Shown here piece by piece: positions 37,601 to 51,100 of a DNA stretch of 64,000 nucleotides; position 1 is the stretch's first letter; each line of letters opens with the position of its first letter. Origin of the DNA: Dimorphilus gyrociliatus (taxonomy: Eukaryota; Animalia; Annelida); contig CAJFCJ010000023.1 of the NCBI GenBank assembly GCA_904063045.1, positions 620,001 through 684,000 of the forward strand. The letters run 5' to 3'. Made by a program: the position numbers and the translations under genes. The notes beneath the pieces are model-generated. The model worked only from the letters and a program-made list of their open reading frames with translations. It searched no databases and was not told the origin of the DNA.

Positions 37601-40600
37601 TTATTATTCCATTTCCAGTAATTTTCTGACATGTCAGCATCAAAAATGGAACCTTAGAAATTCAATTACGTGAGATAGGAAACTGTCTGTCCTATTTTTC
37701 TTACTAAGGTCTACCTTAATGAGTCCATTAGATTGAACTTTTTTGCCGGGGTATTTCCCTTTGTTTTCTATTCTAGATAAATATCCTCGTTTCTTTTAGA
37801 CGTTCCTTTTCTCCTCTCAAAAACTGTACGTAGTGGCCCAGGATTCCCTGACTACTTGTTTATTAAAACCCCTTTTTATATTTTTATATCAAACGTAAAG
37901 AGAAAAAGAAACGACTATACTATTCAATAAATTTTTATACGAGCTTTAATAAGCAATCTTCTCCCAACTGTAACAATATATGTCGCCATACTGAAACTGT
38001 ATATATACAGTATTATACAGTAAATACCGTATAGCTCTTGAAGTTGTCTTTAACTTGCCTGCCTATTTTAAAGCAGGTGAGGAAAAGTTAGACTAATGAT
38101 TGTCTAACTAAAAGGTCAAAGTAAACATGATAGTTTGATGTAAATATTGTTTTGTATAATGGTTGTCGAGCTGAAAAAAAAATTAAAGGGAATTATATAA
38201 AGTAGCGAAAATTAATAGCCTTAGCGAGCAGAGTTAGAAATGCGTGCTAATGAGCAAATCTGTGTTCTATAAATAGGAAAAGAGGTCCTCTCATCGTTAA
38301 ATGAAATGTGTTGGAATATAAAACTGTCAAACAAATGGTGCACTGTCATTAAATCAGGTAGTTGGAGGTTTTAAAATGAAATAGTATGTTTTCTCTCTCG
38401 CTCTACAATACTCGGGATTATCTAAATGTCTCTTTCTTGAAAGAGGAGGACAGAAAGGAAGAGAGAAAGCAATGAAAAATTGATTGGTTGAATGGATGAA
38501 TGAGTGAATGAAGGAGTGAGTAAGTCAGTGAGTGTATGAGAGAGGGGCGAACAAACTAGTGTATAAACTAAAGATGAACGAAGAGAGAGGACAAAGAACG
38601 AGGATAGATAGGCAGACGCACGCAGAGATCGAAAATGAGGAAGGGAAATCAATTTGTTAGTTTTTCTTGTTTGTCATTTAACCGATTGTATTTTGACAAA
38701 CTGAATTGCGTATGTAAATAAATAGGTTATCTTAACAGTTGAATTTGAACGAAATACTAACAAAATGTTACGGGCAAATGGCATCCATAAAAAAAACAAT
38801 TGATTTTTGCTTAACGAGTATAGTAAAACAAATGAAATGAGAAGTAGACAGAAGGCAAGGAAATTAGCCTGTACTAGCTGATACAGTCAACATTATGTAA
38901 ATTTTGTCAATACTTGGCTCCAACCAGACATTCTGGTACCAATTAATCGTTTTAATAATCATTTTGCCTATAAGAGTCGGAATATTTTATTGGGCGAATT
39001 TTTTCCCGTATTAAAAAAACCCATAGCAATTGCTAATTATATTCGAAATAGAAGTTAATGGGTTTCTTAGATGTGATATCTGGGTACGGGAGGAACTGGA
39101 TTGGTAAGAGAGAGAGAGAGAGAGAGAGAGACAGATAGATATAATTAGAACCCTGTATTTTTTTCACTAGATGATGATATGTTGCAAGCGTTATTCACCC
39201 ATAAAATCTACTACTAAAATATCATCCGATTATAATAATGACGCTAATTATTCCTTCCCGTTTACGAAATGAAAGAATAAAGTAAAAAAAAAACAAAAAA
39301 TATAAATAAAAAAGGATTTTTATTCCATTAATTAAAATTTATAAAAAGAAAAGAATAGGAAGGAAAGAGAAAGGAATAAATTGGCAAAGATGTGTGGACT
39401 TGACAGAAGTACGGAATCAAATCGATTGAGAATATCTCTGTTCCCTTTTGATAAATTTTTTCTATAAATATCACTATATAAAAGTGTGTGTACAGCATGC
39501 ACTGTCTAGATATAGACAGCGTAAATGAAGTGCTAATTGCGCGAAATATAGAAATACTTATTTGCGTGTATTGAATACACAATACAGTGTAGTGTATATT
39601 TAGTACAAGTTGATTTACGGAGGCGTATAGACAGAACGCCAAGATATCCTTGTGTATAAATTCTAATCTCATCGATATTTTCCGTTAAATCTCCACTTTA
39701 GGTTTTTTTCTTTTTTTCTCTTGATTTGAATCATAAACAGAGTACAAAATTGAATCTATATTCTCATTATACATGTCCAATATCTCTTTTGTTTAACGTA
39801 TACAGTATATACTATTTTTATCAGCATATATACAGTATGTATATTGATTTCTTTTTTGTTTCTTCAACTTTTTAAGAGACTTGCCCCTATTAACCTTGAA
39901 GCGAATTTTCATAGATTTTTGCCCAGTGAGAGGTGGTTACCTTTCTCTTTGGCTGTCTGCGCCTATCTATCCATCCATCCATCCATCCATCTATCTATCT
40001 ATTTATCTATTTATCTATTTATCTATTTATCTATTTATCTCTATCTGCCCGTCTATCTATCTTTCTATCTATCTCTATCGATCTATCTAATCTATCTATC
40101 TATATTCATACAATATACACATATGCATACATAGATATTAATATACCTCTTGCTTTCCCCTTTCCTGTTGTTCTCTTTTACTGTGTAGTTTATTTTTTGA
40201 TGGACGTATATTGGCAGTAAACGAGGTTCTAATCGATATAATCGATGCGATAGCGCCTACTAGAACGTTTGCGGAAAAAGATTGAAAATTTCAAGAACTT
40301 TTAAAGAAAAGAAAAAAAAATGAAATTAGACGAGAAAAGGTTTGATTAAAAAAAAATTGAATTTCAATCTTCTCTTCTCTCGCCGTATTAACACCAACTA
40401 GAGAATATAAAGAAAGAGGTTATATATTTACAATGATTAAATATTAAAAGAGTTAGACGAATGGTAATAAATAGTAATGAGTTGCGAGGATGTTAAGGAA
40501 AAGGTTATTTTTTTAGATTTATTAATTCCTACGACTCTGTTAGACTATTTAGTTGGGGTTTTGTATAGATTGAATAATTTATAGAAAATAATATATCTTT

Positions 40601-42486
40601 TGTCGTTATCAGGAAGCTCATAACTAAGGAGCATAGAATAATTTACGCTTTATTGAATCTTTATTGGTATTTTCTCGTCTCTTTTCACTAAATAATTATA
40701 TTTAAAACATAGGAAAATATATATCGATCAATAAAAACAGCTTGCAGTACTGGTGGATTGCTTATAGTATATGCAATATGCATAAATGCAGTACACCAAC
40801 ATAAACTGGCCTCCGCTCGAGTCATTTGATCTTTTTGCGATTTTCATAGCGCTAATTTCACTTAACTAGAGTTCGAATTGTATAATTTAATCTGTTTGAA
40901 ACTTCCTATAACAAGACCTAATTTAGGCGGCAATCAATCGTTTTACAAGTTGCTTATTTGTTTCACGAGAAAGGAAATGATGAATTATTCAATCATTCGA
41001 CGATTGTCTTGTTAGTAACGATACATTTAGTGTATTATATATGTATAGGCAAAATTTTATTAGCTTTTACTATGGCAACTGCCTAATGCATTTTGCTCGG
41101 GCGTCTAATGGACGACTAAAAGTGAAAGGTCGTGCTACTGTCAGCCAAAAGACTGCGATTGACACCTGCTTACTGAAGAGGATATCTAAATTGGCATATT
41201 AAGTGCGCGAATAATTTTCCACAATTTTCTATTTTACGACTTTAATCCATAATAAGATTGGAATAAACAGAAAGAAATTCTCCATGTTTTTTCTCTCTTC
41301 GCATTTCCTTCCGTTAAAAGAGTCGTTAAGCCATAGAATTTTGTTTGAACTGGCTACCTCTACGCCTTTTCTTTTTTATCATAGCATATCTCTCTCTCTT
41401 TCCCCTTCCTCTTCTTCTCTTTATATGTTTAATATTTTTTTCGTCTTATTTGTGTATCTATTCAAATTTTCAATTAACAATGAAAAAAAGGGTTAGTGAA
41501 ATTAATTTCCTCCTCTCTTATCTTGTATTCTTTCGTTTTCTTCTTCTTTCTCTTCTTACCTCAAAAGTATAACGATTCACTTTTATAGAAAGATTTGTAA
41601 ACAATTAATTTTGTTTTTTTTTGCACTAATTGGGCTTATTTCGTTAAGCTTTGGACAGAAATGCTGAATAAATGAGAACTGTATTACCTTTTATGTAAAG
41701 AGAGAAAAGAACTGATTTAAAATTTGTTTTGCCTGTCTCTTGTCTTTTCTCCCCCTCCCTCCCCTCCCTCCCCCCTCTCTCTCTCTCTCTCAATTTAATA
41801 TATACCTATATATCTATATACCGTATATATCTTTATACATTATTTATATTATACATCTTTCTCTTTTTCACTCTCTTAATCGGATCTTTATCAAGGTAGT
41901 TTGTCCAGATAAATAATCTTCTTTATCCCGCTAAAGTAACTCAGATCTCATCTGATATTCAATGTTTGCAAGACAAGCAAGTTTACTATTTGTATTAGTG
42001 CAAAACAGACGTATTCTTGTTCCACACATGATGATTAAGCTTTTGCTCACTCAGCAAAACGTCCTATGCTTATTGCTTGCTTTGTATGCTATACTCTATA
42101 GTCCAGAAGATGACTATGGCATTATTATATTTTTTTTCCTTTTTCTTTTTTTTTTTTACCACTAGAAATAACATTTATAGTTTTATTTATATAGTAAAAT
42201 TGAGAAATAACGAAAATTTCCATACAATATTCTCTTTAGTAGAAATATTAAAAGCAAAGATAGGCAGGCAGGCAGGCAGATAGACATACAGACAAAAAGA
42301 GAGAGAAAGGTAAATAAAACATTTTCCCGCTAAAATTATACTCAACAAACCGTGACATTGGGTAATTATGTGTCTGCTAATTAGCGATAATTTAATTGCG
42401 GTTCTCTAAAATAAGAAGAAAGTGAATGAGAAGGGGAGGGGTAAGGGAAATAAGAAAGAGAGAGAAATAGAGAGAAATAGAGAGAA

Positions 42487-42575
<89 letters not shown>

Positions 42576-45087
42576 GAGAGTGAGAGTGACAGATAGACAC
42601 ACACACATACATACATACATACAGAGTAAAAGAGAAAAGAAAGAAAACAATTGAAAAAAAAATAATATTCTAATACAAAAACGATTGGTTAAACGAAGAA
42701 GAAAGATAGAATTATTCCTAACTAAAAAACTCTTGTTTTCTCTTATTTAGCTGATGTTTTTTATGCTCGATTCTCGTATATTTTTTATATAGACATAACA
42801 TAAATATAGAATATAGAATATAAAAGAGGCCTACATTGCGCATTGTACATTTATTATTAATAATGTATACGTAGTGTATTTAATAGATTTTATGCAATAT
42901 ATTATTACTATTATTATTATTATTATTATAATTATTGTTATGTGTATTGATATACATTGCATATACATTATAAAACGCTAAAAGAAAAAGAGATGTGATT
43001 TTTTAAGTCTCCTCACGCCTGTTATATTTACGAATAATTCTCAATCTCGGCTTTTATTTGCTAGAAATATCTAGACGCCACCCTTCAAACTATAAATAGA
43101 GTACGATGATAATTAATCCTTTGCATTACTTTCAGTGCAGTTTATTTACGTTTTCATAAAAAGAGAGAGAAAGAAAAAAAAATTATCTAGTACTGGCAAC
43201 ATTGTTCTCTCTATTTATTACATTTACATGTACAATAGGTAGCGTGTTTTACATATCAATGACATTTCGATGCAAGTTGATCTATTACAACGCTTAAGCG
43301 TTTAAATTATTCTAAAAAACATCTTGAACCTTTTTTAACTATAAAAAACAAGTGGAAGGGAAAAAAAAGGGCATTTCCGATGTAATAAATCATTAAAATA
43401 ACCTCCTACGTACTTATGTCTTCTTATGTACTTGTGAAATTGATTTCTACCCAAGGTTTTATCTAATACAATTGCTCTTTATAGAAACGTCATATCCGCT
43501 ATCAAATAATGGATCAAACAGTTTTACCGAAGAATTTACTTATTGAACAGTGAATGATTATCTATTTTACAGTGGTATTTAACGGCTGTTTTCCAGTTTT
43601 CCACAGCAATAGACCAACATTTTATAGGTCTTTTTTATCGATGAATAATTATTCCGTCTTCAATTTTATGATTTTCCCAGGCATAGCGTCTAAAAACTGC
43701 TTCCAGTTAAAAACTAAAACATTCAACGTCGTCAATTATAAATGAAGGAAGTATAAACAAACTATAGTAAGGGGTTAAGCCTTACGAAATATAGTAAAGA
43801 GTATTTGTCTTATACCTTCCATTTACATTAATATTATTTATAATATTTTCTTGTTAATTTCTTGTACAATTCAATACTTAATGCTGTATTAATTGTATTA
43901 AGAGCTTTATGATAATATCGTTATCGATGCGATGATCATCGTCGATATTATCGTTATCGCCCCCTGTCATATTACAATATATTTTTTCTATTAACAAAAT
44001 TAAAGGGCGAGTTCGAACAATATTAATTATCTTTTTATGTCTGTGTCGGTGTGAATATGGGTGTGGGTGTGGGTGTGGGGCGTGGGGTGTGGAAACGCAT
44101 CGCTTATGTATACATATATACAGTAGATATTGCTACATCCACCACCTATTGTTAAAGACATAGAAGTATATTCACTAGGTCTATTTACATTTGATACTAT
44201 TTATTTTTATATCGTTTCATCAATGAAAATCTAACAAAAGTTACCTTTTTTCCTATTCAATTTAGTTGGATAATGGAGACGAACAAGCATCTCAAGTCCG
44301 ACGAGAGCTCGATAGTCGTTTGCAGCACGCCGAACAAATGTCGAGAGCTAGAAAGTATCCCAAGTTTGTTGTCAAGGACATGGAAAGTTTGTACGTGGAG
44401 GAGTTGAAGTCTTCCATAAACTTATTAATGGCTAATCTCGAGTCGCTTCCTGTCGCCAAAGGCGGTGCTGATTCCAAATATTCATTGCATAAATTAAAGC
44501 GTTACAGCCGAAATGCTCAACCCAATCAGTTACCAGGTCAGATAGATCCCGCTCTTGACGACAACGATCCTTTAAGCAAGTCGGCTTTACAATTGAATTT
44601 CACTGTCGACGTAAGTCAATTTATTAGTTTATATAAGAAGCCGAATGTTAATTGCTGATTGTTAATTGTTAATTGAATTAGTAATATTAAATACTATTAA
44701 CTATATATATATATCTTATATATATATTCTATATCTTACGTTCTTCTTTTCCCTTCAATAGGTACATATTTATGAATTAAGAAATGCCAAATCTTGCCTG
44801 CAAAAATTTTCTGCTAATCGAATAATTTACTGCGTAATGGAAGTAGAAGGTTCTAAAAATGATAAGCAACAAACTCACTTTCTAGATTTGAACACACCAA
44901 AATGGGATGTTTGGGGAACATTTACAACGAATCAACCTTTACCTACAGTAAAAATCAGGCTCTTTCTAGAGAATTCTAAAACATTGGCATTGAATGACGA
45001 ATTACTGAGCAAGGTAAGAACAGATGACAGCAAATTATTTGATTGTAGTTTTTATCTAAACTCCCGCTCATTGATTGGCAATGAAGG

Positions 45088-45130
<43 letters not shown>

Positions 45131-48100
45131 ATATAGAAGAGGAAAGAAAGAAAGACTATTTATCGAAGCAAACTTTCATTAATTGCAAATTTTTTCTTAT
45201 TTTGTTTTTCCAGCTAATTCTTGAACCTAGACCTATGCATCCGGAGTGGAATACTGGAGCTCACAAACCCAGGAAAATGGAAAGAGTTTCCCGTAATATT
45301 CCTGAAAATAATGTTCCAATATTGAGTTGTGGAGTTCGAATGACCAAACCGGATGCCATGAAACAATGTGGTTATTTGTATGCTATGGGGAAAACAATTT
45401 GGAAGAAATGGAAGAAAAGATTCTTCGTACTACATAAAGTATCCAATTACATTTTTGCATTATGCAGTTATAGACCGAAAAAGAGTGAACCTCAAGAGAC
45501 CTTACAGTTGGATAATTACGTCGTAGATTATACAGAAAATGTGGGTGAATTTCAGGGTGGAAATTGCTTTTTTACCATTGCAAAAATTGGTGAATCAGTT
45601 ACATTCGCGTCTGAAGATGAACAAGAAAGAGCAGCTTGGATTCAAGCTATTTTTAGGGCGACTGGTCAAAAAGATAAGCCACAGGCGCCAAAGGACACTC
45701 AATTATTACCAAGTCTTGGAGCCTCAAAGCAGACAACAGACAAGGCCAGAAAACATGGATTGGATGAATTCTTACAAGCCAGCCCTTGCAAATTCGATCA
45801 CGCTCTACTCTTCCAAACTTTACAGTCACTTACATTGGAATATCGATTAAATGATGTTTATACTAGCTTGGGATGGTTTTCCCCCGGTAAGTGATATAGT
45901 TAAGATGTCTTAAGGCATTCTTCTTAAGGACTATTTCTCTAAGTAATCATCGAGTTAATGATAAAGTCGAATTGAAAAAAAATGAAACAAACAAGGAAGG
46001 AAATTTATAAATTTCATTCGTCCTCGTCTTCGGTATCTTCATTTTTCTTCGTCTTTTCCTTCTTCTTGCTCTTTCTTCCCAAAATAAACTAGTAAGAGTC
46101 CCTAATGAGTTTCTTCGCCTTAAGAAATGGATGAAGAGAGAAAAGAAAGGACGAAGAATGGACAGCCCACAGACAGCTAGATAGATAGAGAAGAAGAAAG
46201 AGGGAAATAGAAAGGAGTAGAGTTTAATGCCATTAATAATGAATTTATTGTTCGTAATCTCTGCAAGACAAAAGTTAATTTGAACAAAACATTCTTGAAC
46301 GTACAGATGCAATTTTCACTGTAACGAATAGGGAGAAGAGAGGGGAAAAAACAAAAAAAAGAGAGAGAGGGACAGAGAAGGAGGAAGGAGAGAATAGTGC
46401 TCGTTAATAATATCATAAAATTCATGCGACATTTAAAGAGAATTATATTTCTTTTTCAACAAAAGAAAATGAATGCAATTTTAAAATCTTAATTATTTAT
46501 CTTACTCGAATAGGCCAAGTTTTCGTTCTGGACGAATATTGTGCAAGATACGGTGTCAGAGGTTGCTGGCGACATTTATGCTATCTAAATGATTTGCTGG
46601 TGAAAGCCGAGAACGGAGTTATGATCGACCCTACCCTCATGCATTATTCATTTGCCTTTTGCGCTAGCCACGTCCACGGAAATCGTCCGGACGGTATTGG
46701 TACAATTACTCAAGTTGAACAACATAAATTCCAAGGAATTAAGCAAAAACTTAAGGATTTGTTGGAGTACCAAATTACTAATTTCCGGTAGATTCCTTTT
46801 CGTTCTCTTTTCTTTTATCGATTGAATGAAGAAATAAAATAATTTTGTAAATGTACAAGAAAAGAAATAAATAAGAAATCTTTCTTTTCCAGATATTGCT
46901 TCCCATTCGGCAGGCCGGAAGGGGCATTAAAAGCTACATTATCGCTCCTGGAAAGAGTAAGTCATCGTTTAGAATTGCATTTTTTATACGTATATTGATT
47001 GCTAAAGAAAAACAACTGTCTCTTTGCAGGTATTAATGAAAGATATTGTAACGCCCGTACCTCCTGAAGAGGTTCGAGCTACCATAAAAAGGTGCCTAGA
47101 GCAAGCTGCTCTGATTAATTACACTAAAATATCGGAGTTTGCTAAAATGGAAGGTAAACTACTTTAGTATTTCAATTATTAAAATAATTTTCAAAATGAT
47201 ATACGTGTGTAATGATTAAATGAAATAACTATAGGCCAAAAAGCGTCAATGCAAAATGAAGGAGGTTAGATCTCAAACATTGTGTTTTCATATTTTTTTA
47301 TGTCAAGATTTCACGCATACAACTATTTCATTTATTCATTTATTTATTCATGCATACACACACGTGTACAAACAAACAAGCAAGCATACATACCACGTTT
47401 TCTTTTCTCTTTTCCTCTCTCATTTCACTTTTATCACTCGAAGATAATTATTTATTGAAAAAAATATCACAAGCTACCATAAAAATATTCATATTTTATC
47501 TTTCATTATTAAGCACAGCGTGCCTTTGAGAATAGCTGTAATAAATTTTCTTTAATAATATATATCACTTTTTATTCATATTCATATACTGTATATACAT
47601 ACAGTGTATATACGCACACACACATACACACACATACTGTATGTTGCATCTACCCTATACGTAACTGTTATATTTTTGTTTATGATCTACTTAATAGATG
47701 CTTACGGTGAAGACGATCAAGATCCGAAAAAGAAGCTTGAAGATTTAATTCGGTTAGCGGAATTGTGTATTGAAGTCTTACAACAAAATGAGGAATACCA
47801 TGCAGAGGTTTGTTGATTAATTAAGCCATTGAAGATTGTCCCGTTTGTAAAATAATTTTACTAATATCGTATGTTTTGTTATACACCCAACTAACTATAA
47901 TTTTCGTCGTGCTCGAAAAATCAGGCATTTAGAACGGTGAGTTTCAGTTTAAAGGAGAAAAAAAAACAAAATAATAATAATAATAAATATATTAATTTAT
48001 TTATATTATTACTAAAAAAATGAAAAAAATAATAATAACGTATTGGTTGAATCGATTCAATATTTCGACTTTTTCATTACTGTTTCATTCTTTTCTTTTA

Positions 48101-51100
48101 AATTTAACTACAGGATCATAGAAAGGTGATTTTAATTGGTTGTTCTTTTATGATTAAAATAGTCTTTTTCTACATTTTTATACCGTTCTATCCGTTATTT
48201 TATTATCAAATTTAATTGATGGTTTTTTTCAATGCCTTTCTGTTGTCATTTTCCTCTCTATAATATTCTACTTGACAATTTTTTTTCCTTTCTTTTATAT
48301 AGATATACTGTATATATATACACATATATATACACTTTATATATCTATTTTTTTCTCCTCCCCTTAAATTCTTTTTTCCCACGGTATTTCCACGCAAATA
48401 ACAACAGAAATAGTAATAGTAATACTACTACTACTAATGATAATAATAGCAGACACATTCTTATTTATTTATCATTTCACCATTTATATAGAAATTCTCT
48501 CTTTTTTTTTGTTTTTTTATTCTTTATGTTCTGCTTCTGTTTCGAAAATAGTGCAAAAAAAAATGTTTTTCTCCCTGTACACTAACTTTATTTCCTAGTC
48601 TAATTATACTCGAATTTACGCTTACGCGTAGGAAATCACTTTCAAATTGGTTTAATTCAATGACATAAGGATGAAAGAAGGAAATAAGACAATATTCTTG
48701 CTCATTAGATAACATACTCTTTCCCTTTTTTCCTTTTCTTCTTCTTCTTCTTCTGCCCCTTATCAGTTGTTTTCTATAATTTTCTTTCTACTTCTCTCTA
48801 CCTCTATTTTATTTATTTGTTATCGTTATTCTTAGCATTGTTTACAATTTCGTTAGAATATTATACTAGATGGTTTAGAACGAAAGAAAGAGTTGAAAAA
48901 TATACCGTAATAACGCAAAATATATTATATTTATTCTAGAATCGAATAGTTTGCATGACTGTGTTACTTAATAATTTCCGTATATATGTATAAAAAGAGA
49001 ATTGAGGACAAAAGTTAAAGAGAAACTTGCATAAACATATACAGTATATGCTGTATACGTACATATAAACATTATATACGTCATATATGGAGAAAGAGAG
49101 AGAGAGAGAGAGAAAAAAAAAAAGAGACAGGGAAAATAGCCTCGTATATCTTTTTCTAGTCTTCTTTTTTGTTGTACGCAAAAGTTGGTCATCTCTTTAA
49201 ATATGTTTTATTTCTTTTATTCTCCCTTATTTTGAGCTGGGTGAGGCTGTAAAGTAAATAGTACTTAGGTGTTTATTAATATATTTTCTTAAGTATGTTT
49301 ACCGAATGCTCATCTCTAGTTAACCGACATAGCTTTTCTCTTTTTTTTATGCATATTATTTTCCCTAGAGAAGGATGACGTATGTTCGCATTGATCGCCA
49401 AAACATTTATATATTAAACAGAGTTATAGTAGCCTATTTCTGCACCAATAGTTATTTTTTTAAGAAAGAATTCTCCTTTCAAATTAATCATTTGTCCTCC
49501 TTTCTTCTACTCTCAATCTCTCTTACCAATCACCAACCCACCCACCCATCCATCCGTCCATCCGCCATATTCAAAATACCTAAAGAAATGCTTTATCCTA
49601 AAGCATTTGTCTTTCTCACTTTTTCTTAGCTTCTATAAAAAAGTTTGCTATTCTTCCTCTTCTTTTTCTTCTCTGCCTTAAGACGATCGCAGAAGAAGAA
49701 AAAGTAGAAATAGAATAACGGCAACAAAAGCCAAGCACAAGTCGGAGACCAGTCTTTACAAATACACACTTGCAGTACACGAGAAATACAGATTCAGGTA
49801 GCCGAGCGAGAATCTTTAACAGGAATAATATAAAAATTTTGATTAGACGGAAAGGTTTTTTTCCCTCCGTGCAAAGTGCATCAAGCTGAGTTACATAAGA
49901 GCAAGATTCTTATATTCCTCCTTTAATATTTACATATTTTTATTTATAAAAACTACCCAGCTAGTAGCTTTCACAGTAGATTACGCTATAAAGCACATAA
50001 TTCCCACAGCGTCCTGGTTTAGCTTAATTCAATAAACTCCTCGCGTCTTTTGTGTAAAAAAGACCTGAAATTTTATGGAAATTTCTGCACACAGGCTTTT
50101 GCTTGGTTCAGCGACCTACTTGTGGAGCATGCTGAAAAATTCTGGCAATTGTTTTCCGTTGATATGAACGACGTTTTGGAACGCCAGCTTCCCGATACGT
50201 GGGACTCGTTCCCTCTCTTTCAATTGTTGAACGATTACCTCCGATTGGACGAGAACTTGGCACACGGACGCTTTCATAATCATATTCGAGATGTTTTCGC
50301 ACCGCAAGTGGTTAGATACGTCGATTTAATGGAAAGTTCCATAGCTCAATCAATTCACAAAGGTAATTAAGGATTTTTCTCACAATCTTAATTGTATATA
50401 ATTCCAATACGTTTAATCTCATAAATACCTTTATTCTTTATTCTTAACCTTATTTATTTACTCTTGATATATGCAACATCACACTTGCCGTATTAGCCTC
50501 AGCAGGGGTACTAATAGTACTTCGTAGTAGTAGTAGTAGTAGTTGAAGTAGAAGTAATAGTAGTAGTGATAGTAGTAGTATGAGTTATAGTAACAATAGT
50601 AGCAATAGCATTATAAATAACAGCAAAGACGCTGAAATTATGATTATCATTAAGCATATCGTTTTAAACATTTCAAGTATTTACTCAAAAGAGATAAATC
50701 ATAGGGGACAATCTCAAGTTTATTTATTAATAAAGTAATAAAGGTGTAAGTTAACAGAAGGTTTGAAAATTATCATTTTATAAATGAAGAATTTGATTGA
50801 TTAATTAGTTAATCGACTTTATTTATACTGTATAAGCCAGTAAACTAATGAAAAAAGGTACACTGTATTTACATCGTTTCCGCTCCATGTTGTTCAATAG
50901 ATAATAATAAACATGTGACATACTTTTGTAATTGTTTGCAGAGATGCATAAGTCAGAGTTAATCGTAAGTTTAATGATTTAATTTTTTGCTGTTGCTGCT
51001 GATCCTCCTCCTTTGTTTTTCTTTGTTATACTTGATACAAAAAGCCAAGGAAGACGCTGGTGACGAAGAAGAAGAAGAAGAAAAAGCAGAAGAAGATAAT

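Noticed and set aside
39844-42650. ORFs rich in SIYL/LSLS in CAPS intron 2
   Set aside because: Translations of (ATCT)n and (AG)n microsatellites.
49776-49797. Possible 6-nt (ATTCAG) or 22-nt exon before GTAGCC in CAPS intron 9
   Set aside because: No pyrimidine tract and a weak donor; the 22-nt version breaks the frame.
51043-51057. Possible 15-nt in-frame exon (KEDA) in CAPS intron 10
   Set aside because: A-rich AAG acceptor, weak GTGACG donor, and it would interrupt the conserved SIHKGFE helix.
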